DNA of 64,000 bases from Acidimicrobiia bacterium (GCA_022824805.1 JAJDZE010000004.1:3577-67576), one strand, 5' to 3'; counted from the stretch's first letter, positions 48,695 through 58,475 are shown. Notes: generated by a model from the letters alone, not told the origin. Numbers and translations: made by a program.

Positions 48695-49315
48695 ATGCGT
48701 AATCTCCGTATTGCGTCCATTGCGGGTCCATTCGACGATGTCGGACTGGCGACGCGTGCTGCTGCGGCATTGAGCCGTGCCGACGCAATGGGCCTGCTGA
48801 GCGGGGCGATCACCTGCCTGGACTACTCCGCGCTTGAAGAGCTTCGGTCGGGCATGGCTGACGCCGGTATCGGTCGTGTATTCGTCACCGAGCTCGATCA
48901 ACTTGGCGCTCGTGAGCCGGAGCGGCTTTCGGCACTGGTGGCGAAGATCATCGAGGCCTTGGAGCAGTCGCCTGCGCCAGCCCACGAATGGCCCGCTGTG
49001 GCACAGATGCTCGGGCTCGACCTGCTGGTTCGGCTCCTCGGCATCTCGCTGTCGAGCGCTCGGCGGTACCTCTCGGGCGAGCGGGCGACACCCGACGCGG
49101 TGGCCGCTCGCTTGCACTTCTTGGCTCTCGTTGCGGGCGACTTGGCGGGTGCGTACAACGACATCGGTGTCCGGCGATGGTTCGACCGACCACGGTCACG
49201 GCTGGGTGGTGCCGCCCCCGCCGAAGAGCTCGGTCAGGACTGGTCGCCCGACGACCCCGCAGCGCAAGGGGTTCGCGAACTCGCCGCTGCACTGGTCTCG
49301 TCACCGGCGACATGA
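48695..49315 (+). CDS. Xre-like antitoxin with DUF2384 (MbcA/ParS-type) C-terminal domain
   Basis: C-terminal GVRRWFDRPRSRLGGAAPAEEL matches the DUF2384 pattern (W...P...LgG..P..ll). ATGA overlap with the RES gene. Confidence 0.7.
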   Translation: MRNLRIASIAGPFDDVGLATRAAAALSRADAMGLLSGAITCLDYSALEELRSGMADAGIGRVFVTELDQLGAREPERLSALVAKIIEALEQSPAPAHEWPAVAQMLGLDLLVRLLGISLSSARRYLSGERATPDAVAARLHFLALVAGDLAGAYNDIGVRRWFDRPRSRLGGAAPAEELGQDWSPDDPAAQGVRELAAALVSSPAT

Positions 49316-49830
49316 TCGCCTTCCGTCACACTGATCCGCGCTTTCCTTTTCTTTGGGAGGGCGTGTTGCAGCCCGCGGCCCGTTGGAACGACGACGGTGA
49401 CCTCACTCACTACTTCTGCGACACGCCCGACGGCGCGTGGGCCGAGTTACTGCGTCACGAAGAGATCAGTGACCCGGCCGATGTCGAAACGATCCGACGT
49501 GCGCTGTGGGCGGTCGAGATCGGAGAACCTCCGTCGCTTCGGCCCGATCTGCCACAGGCGACGATGACCGGCGATCCGTCGACCTGGCCGGAGTGCAGAG
49601 AGTTCGCGCGTTCGCGCCGAGACGAGGCCGCCGGCCTCACCGCGCCGTCAGCGGCGTTGAAACCAGGTGGAGCTCGGGGCTGGCGGGTCGACAACGGCCT
49701 GCAGTCCGGACCCGAACGGGACGGAGGCGTCTTCGTCCTCTTCGGTCCCCGGCCGGATCTTGTGGGATGGGCTGCGACCGCCGAGGGTTGCCCCGACCAG
49801 ACGTTGCTGGACAGCGTGGCCCATTTCTGA
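49312..49830 (+). CDS. RES domain toxin (NAD+-targeting family)
   Basis: ATG at 49312: MIAFRHTDPRFPFLWEGVLQPAARWNDDG..YFCDTPDGAWAELLRHE...LTAPSAAL has the R...E...S arrangement of RES domains. Confidence 0.75.
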   Translation: MIAFRHTDPRFPFLWEGVLQPAARWNDDGDLTHYFCDTPDGAWAELLRHEEISDPADVETIRRALWAVEIGEPPSLRPDLPQATMTGDPSTWPECREFARSRRDEAAGLTAPSAALKPGGARGWRVDNGLQSGPERDGGVFVLFGPRPDLVGWAATAEGCPDQTLLDSVAHF

Positions 49831-50005
49831 AGCACCGCCACGATGTGGCGCTTCGTATTTTGCCGGGGTGAAGAGGATCGGGGGTCCGCAGGTCACCCCC
49901 AAGATCTCCGACCGTCTTCGCACGGCACCTGCCGTTTGACCGCTGCTGCCGCATTCTGATCATCAGGACCTGCGTCCTCCGACGTGACCGGTCGCCATCT
50001 CGCCG

Positions 50006-51904
50006 TCAGGGCTCGATCAAACGTGCCGTGGTGAACGCAGTGAGGCCGGCCAGCAGCGACTGCAGCAGGGCCCGATCGCCGGTGATCTCGGCACCGTCGA
50101 GCGCGCTGGCGTCGTTGAGTGCAGCGAAGAGGGTGGCACGGTCGGTCCGGACCGAGGCGACGGCAGCAGGATCGACCGCATTGGCCCGGTGGTGCACAGC
50201 GGAACGGCCGACACCGAGTACGTGATCCTCACCGAGGTCGGTGAACCGGAAGTTGAACGTAATCGGCCCCGCATCGAAGACGTCGGGATCGAACCGAACG
50301 CCGATCACGTCGAACAGGTGCTCAGCGCTCATGGCCTGGGACATGTCGCGGGTGGGCACGCGGCCCCAGTCGGGCGTGCCTTCACGCAGTTCCTTGGCGC
50401 CCATCAGGTAGGCGTTGCGCCACGTCGCCGACTCCGACTGGTAGCCGAGCTGTTCGAGCGCGTCGGCCTGCAGGCTGCGAGCTTCGCGGTTCGCCGGGTC
50501 GGCAAAGACCACGTGGTTGACCACTTGGGCCACCCAGCGGTACTCGCCCCGCTCGTAGCACGCGCGGGCTCTGGCCAGCACGGCACTTGCGCCGCCCATG
50601 AACTCGACGTAGTTGGCGCCCGCCTCAGCCGGCGGCAGCGGATTGAGATTGGCCGGGTTGCCGTCGTACCAGCCGAGGTAGCGGTTGTACACCGAGCGGC
50701 AGTTGTGCGACACCGTGCCGTAGTAGCCCTGCACATGCGACTCGCTGAACTCAGCCGGCAGCCGCAGCCGGGCGGCGATCTCGGTCGGTCGCAGTCCTTG
50801 GTTGGCCAGGCGCATCGTCTGGTCGTGCATCCAGCGGTACAGGTCGCGCTGCATCGACAGGAAGCCCCGCACGTCGGCGTTGCCGAACCGGGGCCAGTGG
50901 TGGCTGGCGAACATGACGTCGGTGTCGTCGCCCCACATTTCGAGCGCCTCGCCGATGTACTTGCTCCACGCCAGCGCGTCGCGGGTCTGCGCACCCCGGA
51001 TCGGGTAGAGGTTGTGCATCGTGTGCGTGCAGTTCTCGGCCATGCACAGCAGGTTCTTGTCTGGGAAGAAGAAGTTCATCTCCGCGGGCGCTTCGGCGTC
51101 GGGCGTGTTCTGGAACACGATCCGGATGCCGCTGAGCTCGCGCTCCTCCCCGGTGCGGGTGATGACGTCGGTGGGCGCCAGCAGATCCGATCGGGCCAGA
51201 CACATCGCCGAGCCCAAGCCGCAGTCGACGTGGCCCAGCGGCCCCGGAGGCAGCAGCGGCCCGAACTGGTACGCGGCCCGCCTGCCCATGATCGGGCCGG
51301 CAATGACGAACTCGCTGACCACCTCTTCGAGGAATCCGTCAGGCGCCACGATCTCCACCTCGCCGCGGGCCACCGACTCGGCGTCGGTCACGCCGAGCAC
51401 GCCGCCGAAATGGTCTGCGTGCGAATGCGTGTAGATGATTGCCCGCACCGGCCGCTCGCCCAGCGTGCGATTGGCCAGGTCCAGCGCTGCCGCCGCCGAG
51501 GGCCGGGTGGTGAGGGGATCGATGATCAGCCAACCGTCGGCGCCCGCCAGGAACGTGATGTTGGCAATGTCGTAACCACGCACCTGCCAGACACCGTCGG
51601 CCACCTCGAACAGTCCGTGATGGACGTTGAGCCGTGCCTGCCGCCACAGGCTCGGATGCACCGACGGGGGCGCCTCGGCTGATTCGTCGACGAAGGCGTG
51701 CCGGGCCACGTCGAACACGACGTGGTTGCCCATCGTGACGCGACCGTCGTCAATCTGGGCGATGAGTCCACGAGAAGCTCGTTCAAAATCTCCCGGGTCG
51801 TCGAATCGAATCACCGCGCCGGCTCGGGACGCCGCTTCATTCGCCGCAACGGTGAACTGCGTCGGGGGCTTCGACGCTTCGGGCCCGGCGTTGTCGGTGG
51901 TCAT
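50006..51904 (-). CDS. MBL-fold alkyl/aryl-sulfatase (SdsA1/Bds1-like) with C-terminal SCP2-like domain
   Basis: Start MTTDNAGPEA at 51904. IIYTHSHADHFGG metallo-beta-lactamase motif and the dimerisation/SCP2-like tail typical of alkyl sulfatases. Confidence 0.85.
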   Translation of the reverse strand: MTTDNAGPEASKPPTQFTVAANEAASRAGAVIRFDDPGDFERASRGLIAQIDDGRVTMGNHVVFDVARHAFVDESAEAPPSVHPSLWRQARLNVHHGLFEVADGVWQVRGYDIANITFLAGADGWLIIDPLTTRPSAAAALDLANRTLGERPVRAIIYTHSHADHFGGVLGVTDAESVARGEVEIVAPDGFLEEVVSEFVIAGPIMGRRAAYQFGPLLPPGPLGHVDCGLGSAMCLARSDLLAPTDVITRTGEERELSGIRIVFQNTPDAEAPAEMNFFFPDKNLLCMAENCTHTMHNLYPIRGAQTRDALAWSKYIGEALEMWGDDTDVMFASHHWPRFGNADVRGFLSMQRDLYRWMHDQTMRLANQGLRPTEIAARLRLPAEFSESHVQGYYGTVSHNCRSVYNRYLGWYDGNPANLNPLPPAEAGANYVEFMGGASAVLARARACYERGEYRWVAQVVNHVVFADPANREARSLQADALEQLGYQSESATWRNAYLMGAKELREGTPDWGRVPTRDMSQAMSAEHLFDVIGVRFDPDVFDAGPITFNFRFTDLGEDHVLGVGRSAVHHRANAVDPAAVASVRTDRATLFAALNDASALDGAEITGDRALLQSLLAGLTAFTTARLIEP

Positions 51905-51992
51905 TGCGCGCTCCTGCGTTGGGGTCGTGAGGCTTCCGGCTCGCCGCGGGCCACCGACTCGGCGTCTGTCGCGCCGAGGATGCTGGGCCGGA

Positions 51993-53231
51993 TCAGCCGG
52001 CCGACGGGAAGCGGATAGGCAGATGTCGCGGTCCTCGGACCTGACCACCCGCCCAGGTGACCTCGTCGGGTTCGCTCACTTCGAAGTCCGGGATGCGCCG
52101 GAACCACGTCCGCAGTGCGATGTCCATTTCGAGCCGAGCCAGGTTCGAGCCCGCGCAACGGTGGATGCCCGCGCCAAAGGCGACATGGCGGTTGTGCGGC
52201 CGGTCCAGGACGACCTCATCGGGCCGGTCGAAGACCTCCGGGTCGCGATTCGCGCCGGGGAAGTTCATCAGCACCTTGCTGCCCGCAGGGATCGTGACGC
52301 CGCCGTACTCCACGTCTTGGGCGGCTCGGCGCCCCATGGTGACCGGGGCGTAGAAGCGCAGCAGCTCCTCGATCGCCGACGGCCACAGCTGAGGCTCGGC
52401 CACCATGCGCTCACGGTCTGCGGGGTGCGTGCCGAAGTGCCACAGGGCCGAGCCGATCGAGCTCCATGTGGTGTCGATGCCCGCGATGAGCTGCAGATTG
52501 AGCATGCCCACCACCATGACGGGATCGATCGGGTTGCCCTGATCGTCGGTTCCGGCGAGCAGCGCCGAGACAAAGCCGTCGTCGGGATTGGCCCGCTTCT
52601 CCTCGACGACCTCGTAGAAGAACGCCCGGATCACCTTGCGGTATTTGATGCGGAGTTGGGGATCGGTCAGGCCCAGCTCCAGCAGGCAGCGCACCCAGTG
52701 GGTGAACTCCTCCACCCGGCCCTCGTCGATTCCCAGCAGGTGCGCGATGACCCGCGGCGGGATCTGCTGCGCGTAGTGCCCGGCACCATCGACCTTGCCG
52801 GCATCGATGAAGTCGTCGATCAGGCGATCCGTGAGTTCTTGGGTGTACTCGCGGTGCGACTCGACCGCCTTGGGCGAGAAGTGCGGCAGCAGCAGCCGGC
52901 GGGTCCAGCCGTGAATGGGCGGGTCTTCGGAGATCGGTGCGGCGTTGGTGCCGTACTTCTCGAACGTCGGGTCCGACAAGAGATCTTCGATCACCTCTGG
53001 CGGCGGGGAGGTCACCAAGGGGTCGCTGCTGGAGAGTTCGGGCACCATCTTGGCCATGGCCTGGACGTCCTCGTAGCGAGTCGGCAGGAACGAGCCGCCC
53101 CAGCGCTCTGTGTGAGCGATGGGGCAACGGCCCCGCAGCTCCTCCCACACCGGGGCGGGATCGCGGACGTAGCCCGGGTCGAAGATGTCGTAGTCGGTGT
53201 CCCAGTCGTCCACTGGTGCCGTGTCGGTCAT
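51993..53231 (-). CDS. Cytochrome P450
   Basis: Start MTDTAPVDDWDTDYDIFDP at 53231. AGIDTT I-helix, EELLR, heme loop FGAGIHRCAGSNLA. Confidence 0.9.
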   Translation of the reverse strand: MTDTAPVDDWDTDYDIFDPGYVRDPAPVWEELRGRCPIAHTERWGGSFLPTRYEDVQAMAKMVPELSSSDPLVTSPPPEVIEDLLSDPTFEKYGTNAAPISEDPPIHGWTRRLLLPHFSPKAVESHREYTQELTDRLIDDFIDAGKVDGAGHYAQQIPPRVIAHLLGIDEGRVEEFTHWVRCLLELGLTDPQLRIKYRKVIRAFFYEVVEEKRANPDDGFVSALLAGTDDQGNPIDPVMVVGMLNLQLIAGIDTTWSSIGSALWHFGTHPADRERMVAEPQLWPSAIEELLRFYAPVTMGRRAAQDVEYGGVTIPAGSKVLMNFPGANRDPEVFDRPDEVVLDRPHNRHVAFGAGIHRCAGSNLARLEMDIALRTWFRRIPDFEVSEPDEVTWAGGQVRGPRHLPIRFPSAG

Positions 53232-53280
53232 CGGAGTGCTCCTGTGTCGAGGGCGGGTTCGGTTCTGCCAGAGTGCATGA

Positions 53281-53304
53281 TCGTGTCGAATGTCGTGTCG
53301 AATG
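53281..53304. repeat. Tandem 12-mer TCGTGTCGAATG x2 in the TetR-P450 spacer
   Basis: Read directly, with TCATGA-like flanks. It produces the RHDIRHDIRHD artefact in the over-long P450 ORF. Confidence 0.6.
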
Positions 53305-54486
53305 TCATGACGAGGAGTGCTGCTCGAAGTTGAGCATGCGCGCGAGCAGGGTTGCTGCCATCGGCTCGAGTTCATTCAAGCTGCGGCGGAATGCGGTGGC
53401 GAACAGCGGCTCGAACAGCGACCACGCCAACTGGGCAGCGGCGACCTGCAAGTACCGGCAGCGCTGCTGCGGGTTCGGCTCGCCATGACGGCTGCGATGA
53501 CGGTCGAGCATCGCGCTCACCACCGGGAAATGGTCGCCCGCCAGCGCCAGCTTGGCGTCGAGCGCAACGTGGGTCAGCGCTCGCACATAGCCCGGATGGG
53601 CCTGCATGGAGAAGAAGCCCGGCAGCAGCCCCGGGCCGGCCTCGGCTGTGTAGTACTGGTCGCGAATGTGCCGGGATGCCTGCGCCAGCACCTCGCTTGC
53701 AGACCCGAAGTAATGATGGATGAGGCCGTAGTTGACGCCGGCTCGCGAGGCGAGCTGGCGCCCTGAGATGGAGTCCGGCGTCCTGCTGGCCAGGAGTTCG
53801 ACGGCGGCTGCCACGAGTCGCTCCTCGGCTCGAGCGCGCCCGGTGGCATGCGACGGTGCAGCGGGGCGTGGCCCGCGGACGCGCAATGTCCGGGGAGAAA
53901 TCTCGCCGCCGGCGAACGGCCCGCGCCCCGCGTGCAGCTGCTCGATCGTCAGCACCAGCTCGCGGTCGACGAGCTCGGCAGCATCTTCGAGCCCGACCGA
54001 GCGCACCAGCCCGGTGCGGTGGATGCTCACGCCCAGCTGCATGGCGCACGACAGGGCTACGGCAGTATCGACAGCATCAGGGGTCAGCTCGGGCCGCAGC
54101 GTGCGCAGCCCATCGCAGTAGCGGTGAATGATCGGTTGCTCGGGCCGCAGGTCGACCGTGGCCCGGTCGAGCTGGATCTGGGTCAGCACCCGCACGAACG
54201 AGTCGTGCCGTATCACCGTCCCCGGCGTGGGCACCAGGGCACCCGGTGGGAAGGCGTCAGCGACGAATGCATCGCTGAGCCGGTCGAGCACATGGCGGCA
54301 CAATTCCCGCTTGGAACCGAAGTGCCGGTGTATCTGCGCATAGTTGACACCGGCGGCCGTCGCGATGCGCCGACCTGAGACCGCGGAGGGCGGCTGGGCC
54401 GAGAGCATCTCGGTGGCTGCGGCGACCAGAGCGGCTGCAGGGTGGGCTTCGCGACCGTTTGCGTGGTCGGCGTCGATTGCAGCCAT
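53305..54486 (-). CDS. Tandem-duplicated (two-module) TetR family regulator
   Basis: Two HTH signatures: SGRRIATAAGVNYAQIHRHFGSKRELC (N-terminal half) and SGRQLASRAGVNYGLIHHYFGSASEVL (second half). Confidence 0.8.
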   Translation of the reverse strand: MAAIDADHANGREAHPAAALVAAATEMLSAQPPSAVSGRRIATAAGVNYAQIHRHFGSKRELCRHVLDRLSDAFVADAFPPGALVPTPGTVIRHDSFVRVLTQIQLDRATVDLRPEQPIIHRYCDGLRTLRPELTPDAVDTAVALSCAMQLGVSIHRTGLVRSVGLEDAAELVDRELVLTIEQLHAGRGPFAGGEISPRTLRVRGPRPAAPSHATGRARAEERLVAAAVELLASRTPDSISGRQLASRAGVNYGLIHHYFGSASEVLAQASRHIRDQYYTAEAGPGLLPGFFSMQAHPGYVRALTHVALDAKLALAGDHFPVVSAMLDRHRSRHGEPNPQQRCRYLQVAAAQLAWSLFEPLFATAFRRSLNELEPMAATLLARMLNFEQHSSS

Positions 54487-54550
54487 ACGGCTAATCTAGG
54501 GCCAGGGCGCAGCGGCGGAATGCCGCGAACTGCTGCAGAGGGGAACCGAC

Positions 54551-55396
54551 GTGCGTATCAACGCCGTGCTACCGAACGACTACAACCGCATCCGGGTCGA
54601 GCCGCTGACCGGCACGATCGGCGCCGAGATCCCCGATGTCGACCTGCGTGAAATCGACGACGAGCTGATCGCCGAGCTGCACGCTGCCTGGATGGACCAC
54701 AAGGTGCTGTTCTTCCGCGATCAGGACCTGACTCAGGCCCAGCATGTGGCGTACGTGCGGGCCTTCGGCGAGCTCGAGGTCCACCCCTTCACGCGCAACG
54801 CCGACGGGCACCCCGAGATCATCGTGCTCGAATCGACTGCCGAGAAGTTCCAGGCCGCCGAGACCTGGCATTCCGATGTCACCTTCCGGGAGTGCCCCCC
54901 GCTGGGCTCGGTGCTGCTGGGCCGCGTGATCCCGCCGCACGGCGGCGACACCTGCTGGGCGAACATGGAACTCGCCTACGAGACGCTGCCCGACAAGGTC
55001 AAAGAGCAGATCGACGGGCGCTACGCCATCCATTCCTATGTGAAGGCGTTCGGCAAGTCGATGAGCGAAGCCGAACGGGCCGAGACGGCCGAGCGCTTCC
55101 CCGACCAGAAGCACCCGATCGTGCGCACGCACCCGGTGACCGGCCGCAAGAGCCTCTATGTGAACCGGACGTTCACGCTCACCATCGACGGGATGACGCC
55201 CGCCGAGTGCCGCGACCTGCGGTACCTCCTCTACGACCAGGCCAGCACGCCGGAGTTCCAGTGCCGATTCCGCTGGCGTCGGGGGTCGATCGCCCAGTGG
55301 GACAACCGCTGCACCCAGCACTACGCGGTACCCGATCATGGCGGTCTGCATCGCCGGATGGAGCGGGTCACGCTGGCCGGCGACCGTCCGGTCTGA
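54551..55396 (+). CDS. TauD/TfdA family Fe(II)/2-oxoglutarate dioxygenase (second copy)
   Basis: WHSDVTFRECPP (HxD), GGDTCWANM, WDNRCTQHYA. GTG start. Confidence 0.85.
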   Translation: MRINAVLPNDYNRIRVEPLTGTIGAEIPDVDLREIDDELIAELHAAWMDHKVLFFRDQDLTQAQHVAYVRAFGELEVHPFTRNADGHPEIIVLESTAEKFQAAETWHSDVTFRECPPLGSVLLGRVIPPHGGDTCWANMELAYETLPDKVKEQIDGRYAIHSYVKAFGKSMSEAERAETAERFPDQKHPIVRTHPVTGRKSLYVNRTFTLTIDGMTPAECRDLRYLLYDQASTPEFQCRFRWRRGSIAQWDNRCTQHYAVPDHGGLHRRMERVTLAGDRPV

Positions 55397-55426
55397 GCCT
55401 GGGCATCTCTCGCTAGGAGCGTCGCC

Positions 55427-56653
55427 ATGACCTACACCGATGACTCGATCATCGACGATGCGGCGTCTGCCATCCCGCCCGTCGACGATTTCGCCACCGA
55501 CTGGGACTTCAACGATCCCGCGTGGGTGAACGACCCGTTCCCCATCTGGGAGGACCTGCGCGGACGCTGCCCGATGGGCCATTCGGAGCGGTTCAACGAG
55601 GGGGTGTGGCTGCCGTTGCAGTACGACGACATCGTCGAGATCGCCGGCGACACCGCGACGTTCTCCAACGTGCATCACGGCATCCGCCGCGGCGGGACCG
55701 TCGACCGGGGCCACTTCCCGCCGATCAACAGCGATCCGCCCGACCACATGGAGATTCGCCGCACGCTGCTGCCGTTCTTCGCTCCTAGGCGCATCGAGGG
55801 CTGGCGCAGCCACATTGCCGCCGACTGCGAGTCGCGGGCCGCCGCCATCGCCGAGCAGGGTCACGGCGACGCAGCCGTCGACTACAGCCAGCACATCCCG
55901 GTCGGCGCGATCGCAGCCATCCTGGGCATCGACCCCGCCGACGGCGACAAGTTCCGGGCCTGGATCTTCGACATCCTCTCCGTCGGGCCCAGCGACGGCG
56001 CCGTAATGCAGCAGGCGATCATCGCGGTGCGCGAGTACATGGCCAAGGTCATGGCGGAGCGGCGAGCAGTTCCCGGCGACGATCTGATCAGCCACTTGGT
56101 CACGACCGAGATGGGTGGCGAGCCGTTGCCCGATCACCTCATCGAGCGGATGCTGGTGCTGCAGCTCATCGCTGGCATCGACACCACGTGGAGCTCGATC
56201 GGCGCTGCGCTGTGGCACCTCGCCACCCATGACGACGACCGCCGCCGGCTTGTCGCCGAACCCGAGCTGCTGCCTACCGCCATGGAGGAGTTCCTGCGGG
56301 CGTACGCCCCGGTCAATGTCGTGCGGCGGGTCACCACTGACGCCGAGGTGAACGGCGTCGAGATGAAGGCGGGGGATCACGTCATGATGACGTTCCCCAT
56401 CGGGTGCCGCGATCCCGAGCGGTTCGAGCGGGCCGACGAGGTCGTGATCGACCGGGGCGAGAACCGTCACATCGCCTTCGGGGCCGGCATTCACCGCTGC
56501 ATCGGCTCGAACCTCGCCCGCCTCGAGATGGAGATTGCGCTCGAGACCTGGCTCCGGCACATCCCGGAGTACTCGATTGCTCCTGGGGCCGAGGTCACCT
56601 GGTCCACCGGTCAGATCCGAGGACCGCGGTCGATTCCCATCGTCGTCGATTGA
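55427..56653 (+). CDS. Cytochrome P450 (second copy)
   Basis: AGIDTT, EEFLR, FGAGIHRCIGSNLA. Clearly paralogous to 51993..53231. Confidence 0.9.
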   Translation: MTYTDDSIIDDAASAIPPVDDFATDWDFNDPAWVNDPFPIWEDLRGRCPMGHSERFNEGVWLPLQYDDIVEIAGDTATFSNVHHGIRRGGTVDRGHFPPINSDPPDHMEIRRTLLPFFAPRRIEGWRSHIAADCESRAAAIAEQGHGDAAVDYSQHIPVGAIAAILGIDPADGDKFRAWIFDILSVGPSDGAVMQQAIIAVREYMAKVMAERRAVPGDDLISHLVTTEMGGEPLPDHLIERMLVLQLIAGIDTTWSSIGAALWHLATHDDDRRRLVAEPELLPTAMEEFLRAYAPVNVVRRVTTDAEVNGVEMKAGDHVMMTFPIGCRDPERFERADEVVIDRGENRHIAFGAGIHRCIGSNLARLEMEIALETWLRHIPEYSIAPGAEVTWSTGQIRGPRSIPIVVD

Positions 56654-56801
56654 CGACCGATGCCCAATCGTCGCGTGTCGCGGCGCGCGGCACCTCGCAG
56701 TCTCACTAACGTGCAGCCAATTGGCTAGCGCCGTGAACATCAGGGGTCGGCGCGGAGGAATCTGGGAGGGCAATCTCGTGAGAGGGCCTACGCGGCGTGT
56801 G

Positions 56802-58475
56802 ATGCGCCTCATGACCGTGCTGTTGGCGTTCGTTCTTGCAGCAAGCGCCTGCGGCGGCGGCGATTCGGACTCCGGGTCGGGAACGGCGTCGGCGACGAGC
56901 GCAGCGCCGGCGACGACTGCTGCGGCAGCACCTGCGCCTGCCACCACCCAGGCACAGACACAGGTGACCATTGCGGCGGTCGAGCAGACCACCACCACCC
57001 AAGGCGCCGTGACCACGACCCAAGCGCCGCTGCCGGCACCCGAAGGCACGCTGCGCATGGTCGAGTTCTCCCCGGTGACGAGCTTCAACCCGGCCGCATC
57101 GCAGTCGGCGCAGAGCGCCTATCACTACCCGGCGTATGACACGCTCACCCGCCAGCGCAACGACTTCAGCCTGGCGCCGTCGCTGGCGACCTCATGGACG
57201 CAGCCGTCGCCGAACGTGTGGCGCTTCACCGTGCGCGACGACGTGGTGTTCCACGACGGCGCTGCATTCAACGCCCAGGTGGCCGCAGACAACATACTGT
57301 ACCACGCCAACTTCGCAGGCAATCCGAACGCGGCAACGTGGGCGGCATTCCTCGACGCCCGTGTGATCGACGACACCACCTTCGAGGTCGAGTTCTCGGT
57401 GCCGGCACCGCAGTTCCCTCTGGAGATGTCGATGGTGATGGGCATGATGATCAGCCCGAACGCGCTCGACGGCCGCGACCTCACCCGTGACCCGCAGGGT
57501 TCGGGGCCGTGGATCTGGTCTGACGCCGACAGCCAGGCCGGCGTGACCGAGGTGTACCACCTCAACCCGAACTACTGGAATCCGGCCGACCAGGGCGTCG
57601 AGACCGTGACGGTGACGGCCGTGCCCGACAACAACGCACGCCTGAACGCGCTGCTGACCGGCGAGGCAGACATCATGTCCACCACCCGTGACGCCCAGAT
57701 CGACGCAGGCGTCGAGGCCGGGAACGTGCTGATCTCGGTGCCGAACTTCTTCGCCTATCTCATCGTCACCGACCGTGCCGGCGAGTTCGACTCCCCGCTC
57801 GCCGACGAAAGGGTGCGCAGGGCGATCCTGCTCTCGCTGGACCGTGACGCGTATGCGGATGCGATGCACTTCGGCAAGGCGGACAGCCTCGGCGGCATCT
57901 ACCCACCGGCGTTCAGCCAGTTCAACGTTCCCGAGCTCGACACCAAGTACAACTACGATCCCGAAGAGGCCCGGCGCCTGCTGGCCGAAGCGGGCTACCC
58001 CGACGGGGTGACCATCCGCATGCCGATCATGCCGGCCATCAACCCGATCGTGGAGTTCGTGGTGCAGATGCTGGGAGCGTCGGGCATCAACATCGATCTG
58101 ATCCAGATCAACAACGGCGAGTTGGGCCCCGGCACCGCCACTGCGCAGTGGGGCATCTCGTGGTTCCGCGACCTGCTGGTGCACCCGGCGCGTGACCTGG
58201 GCAAGTTCATGGGCGAGAGCGGCCGCTTCAACGCATTCGGCCTCAGCGACCTCGACGATCTCGAAGCCACCCTGGTCGAAGCGCTGAATGCGCCGTCGCC
58301 CGAGGAGGGCTACGAGTTGTACGCGGCGGTCATGGAGGGTCTCATCGACCGCGGCGCGGTGATGCCGCTGGCCCACGGCGGTCAGAACGCCCTGTACGCA
58401 CCGTACGTGACCGGCGTGTCGCTGGGGCTGAACATGCAAGCGCCGATGCCCTATGGCGTCCGGATCGACGGCTAG
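56802..58475 (+). CDS. ABC transporter substrate-binding lipoprotein, family 5 (peptide/nickel/opine type)
   Basis: ATG at 56802: MRLMTVLLAFVLAASACGGG (lipobox), then a Thr/Ala-rich linker and an SBP_bac_5-like body. Confidence 0.85.
   Translation: MRLMTVLLAFVLAASACGGGDSDSGSGTASATSAAPATTAAAAPAPATTQAQTQVTIAAVEQTTTTQGAVTTTQAPLPAPEGTLRMVEFSPVTSFNPAASQSAQSAYHYPAYDTLTRQRNDFSLAPSLATSWTQPSPNVWRFTVRDDVVFHDGAAFNAQVAADNILYHANFAGNPNAATWAAFLDARVIDDTTFEVEFSVPAPQFPLEMSMVMGMMISPNALDGRDLTRDPQGSGPWIWSDADSQAGVTEVYHLNPNYWNPADQGVETVTVTAVPDNNARLNALLTGEADIMSTTRDAQIDAGVEAGNVLISVPNFFAYLIVTDRAGEFDSPLADERVRRAILLSLDRDAYADAMHFGKADSLGGIYPPAFSQFNVPELDTKYNYDPEEARRLLAEAGYPDGVTIRMPIMPAINPIVEFVVQMLGASGINIDLIQINNGELGPGTATAQWGISWFRDLLVHPARDLGKFMGESGRFNAFGLSDLDDLEATLVEALNAPSPEEGYELYAAVMEGLIDRGAVMPLAHGGQNALYAPYVTGVSLGLNMQAPMPYGVRIDG

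Noticed and set aside
49871-49891. Hairpin GGGGGT-N9-ACCCCC downstream of the RES gene. The spacers at 48569-48694 and 49831-50005 were also scanned for tRNA/tRNA-Sec.
   Set aside because: No T-tract follows the hairpin, so it is not a convincing intrinsic terminator. There are no cloverleaf-compatible segments or GTTCGA-type T-loops in any intergenic region of the window.
53281-53304. Tandem repeat checked as a possible CRISPR or minisatellite.
   Set aside because: It has only two 12-nt units and no spacers, so it is not an array.
53232-53375. N-terminal extension of the P450 ORF containing RHDIRHDIRHD.
   Set aside because: This is an artefact of translating the tandem 12-mer repeat. The P450 family N-terminus begins at MTDTAPVDDW (53231).
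54569-57088. 839-aa minus-strand ORF spanning the TauD, P450 and SBP genes. Similar long ORFs occur at 5971..7302(+), 10059..11477(-), 19966..21531(-), 24228..25748(-), 36811..38184(-) and 62457..63968(-).
   Set aside because: These are shadow ORFs typical of high-GC DNA. They lie antisense or out of frame to genes with clear family motifs, are Arg/Pro/Gly-rich, and carry no recognisable domains.
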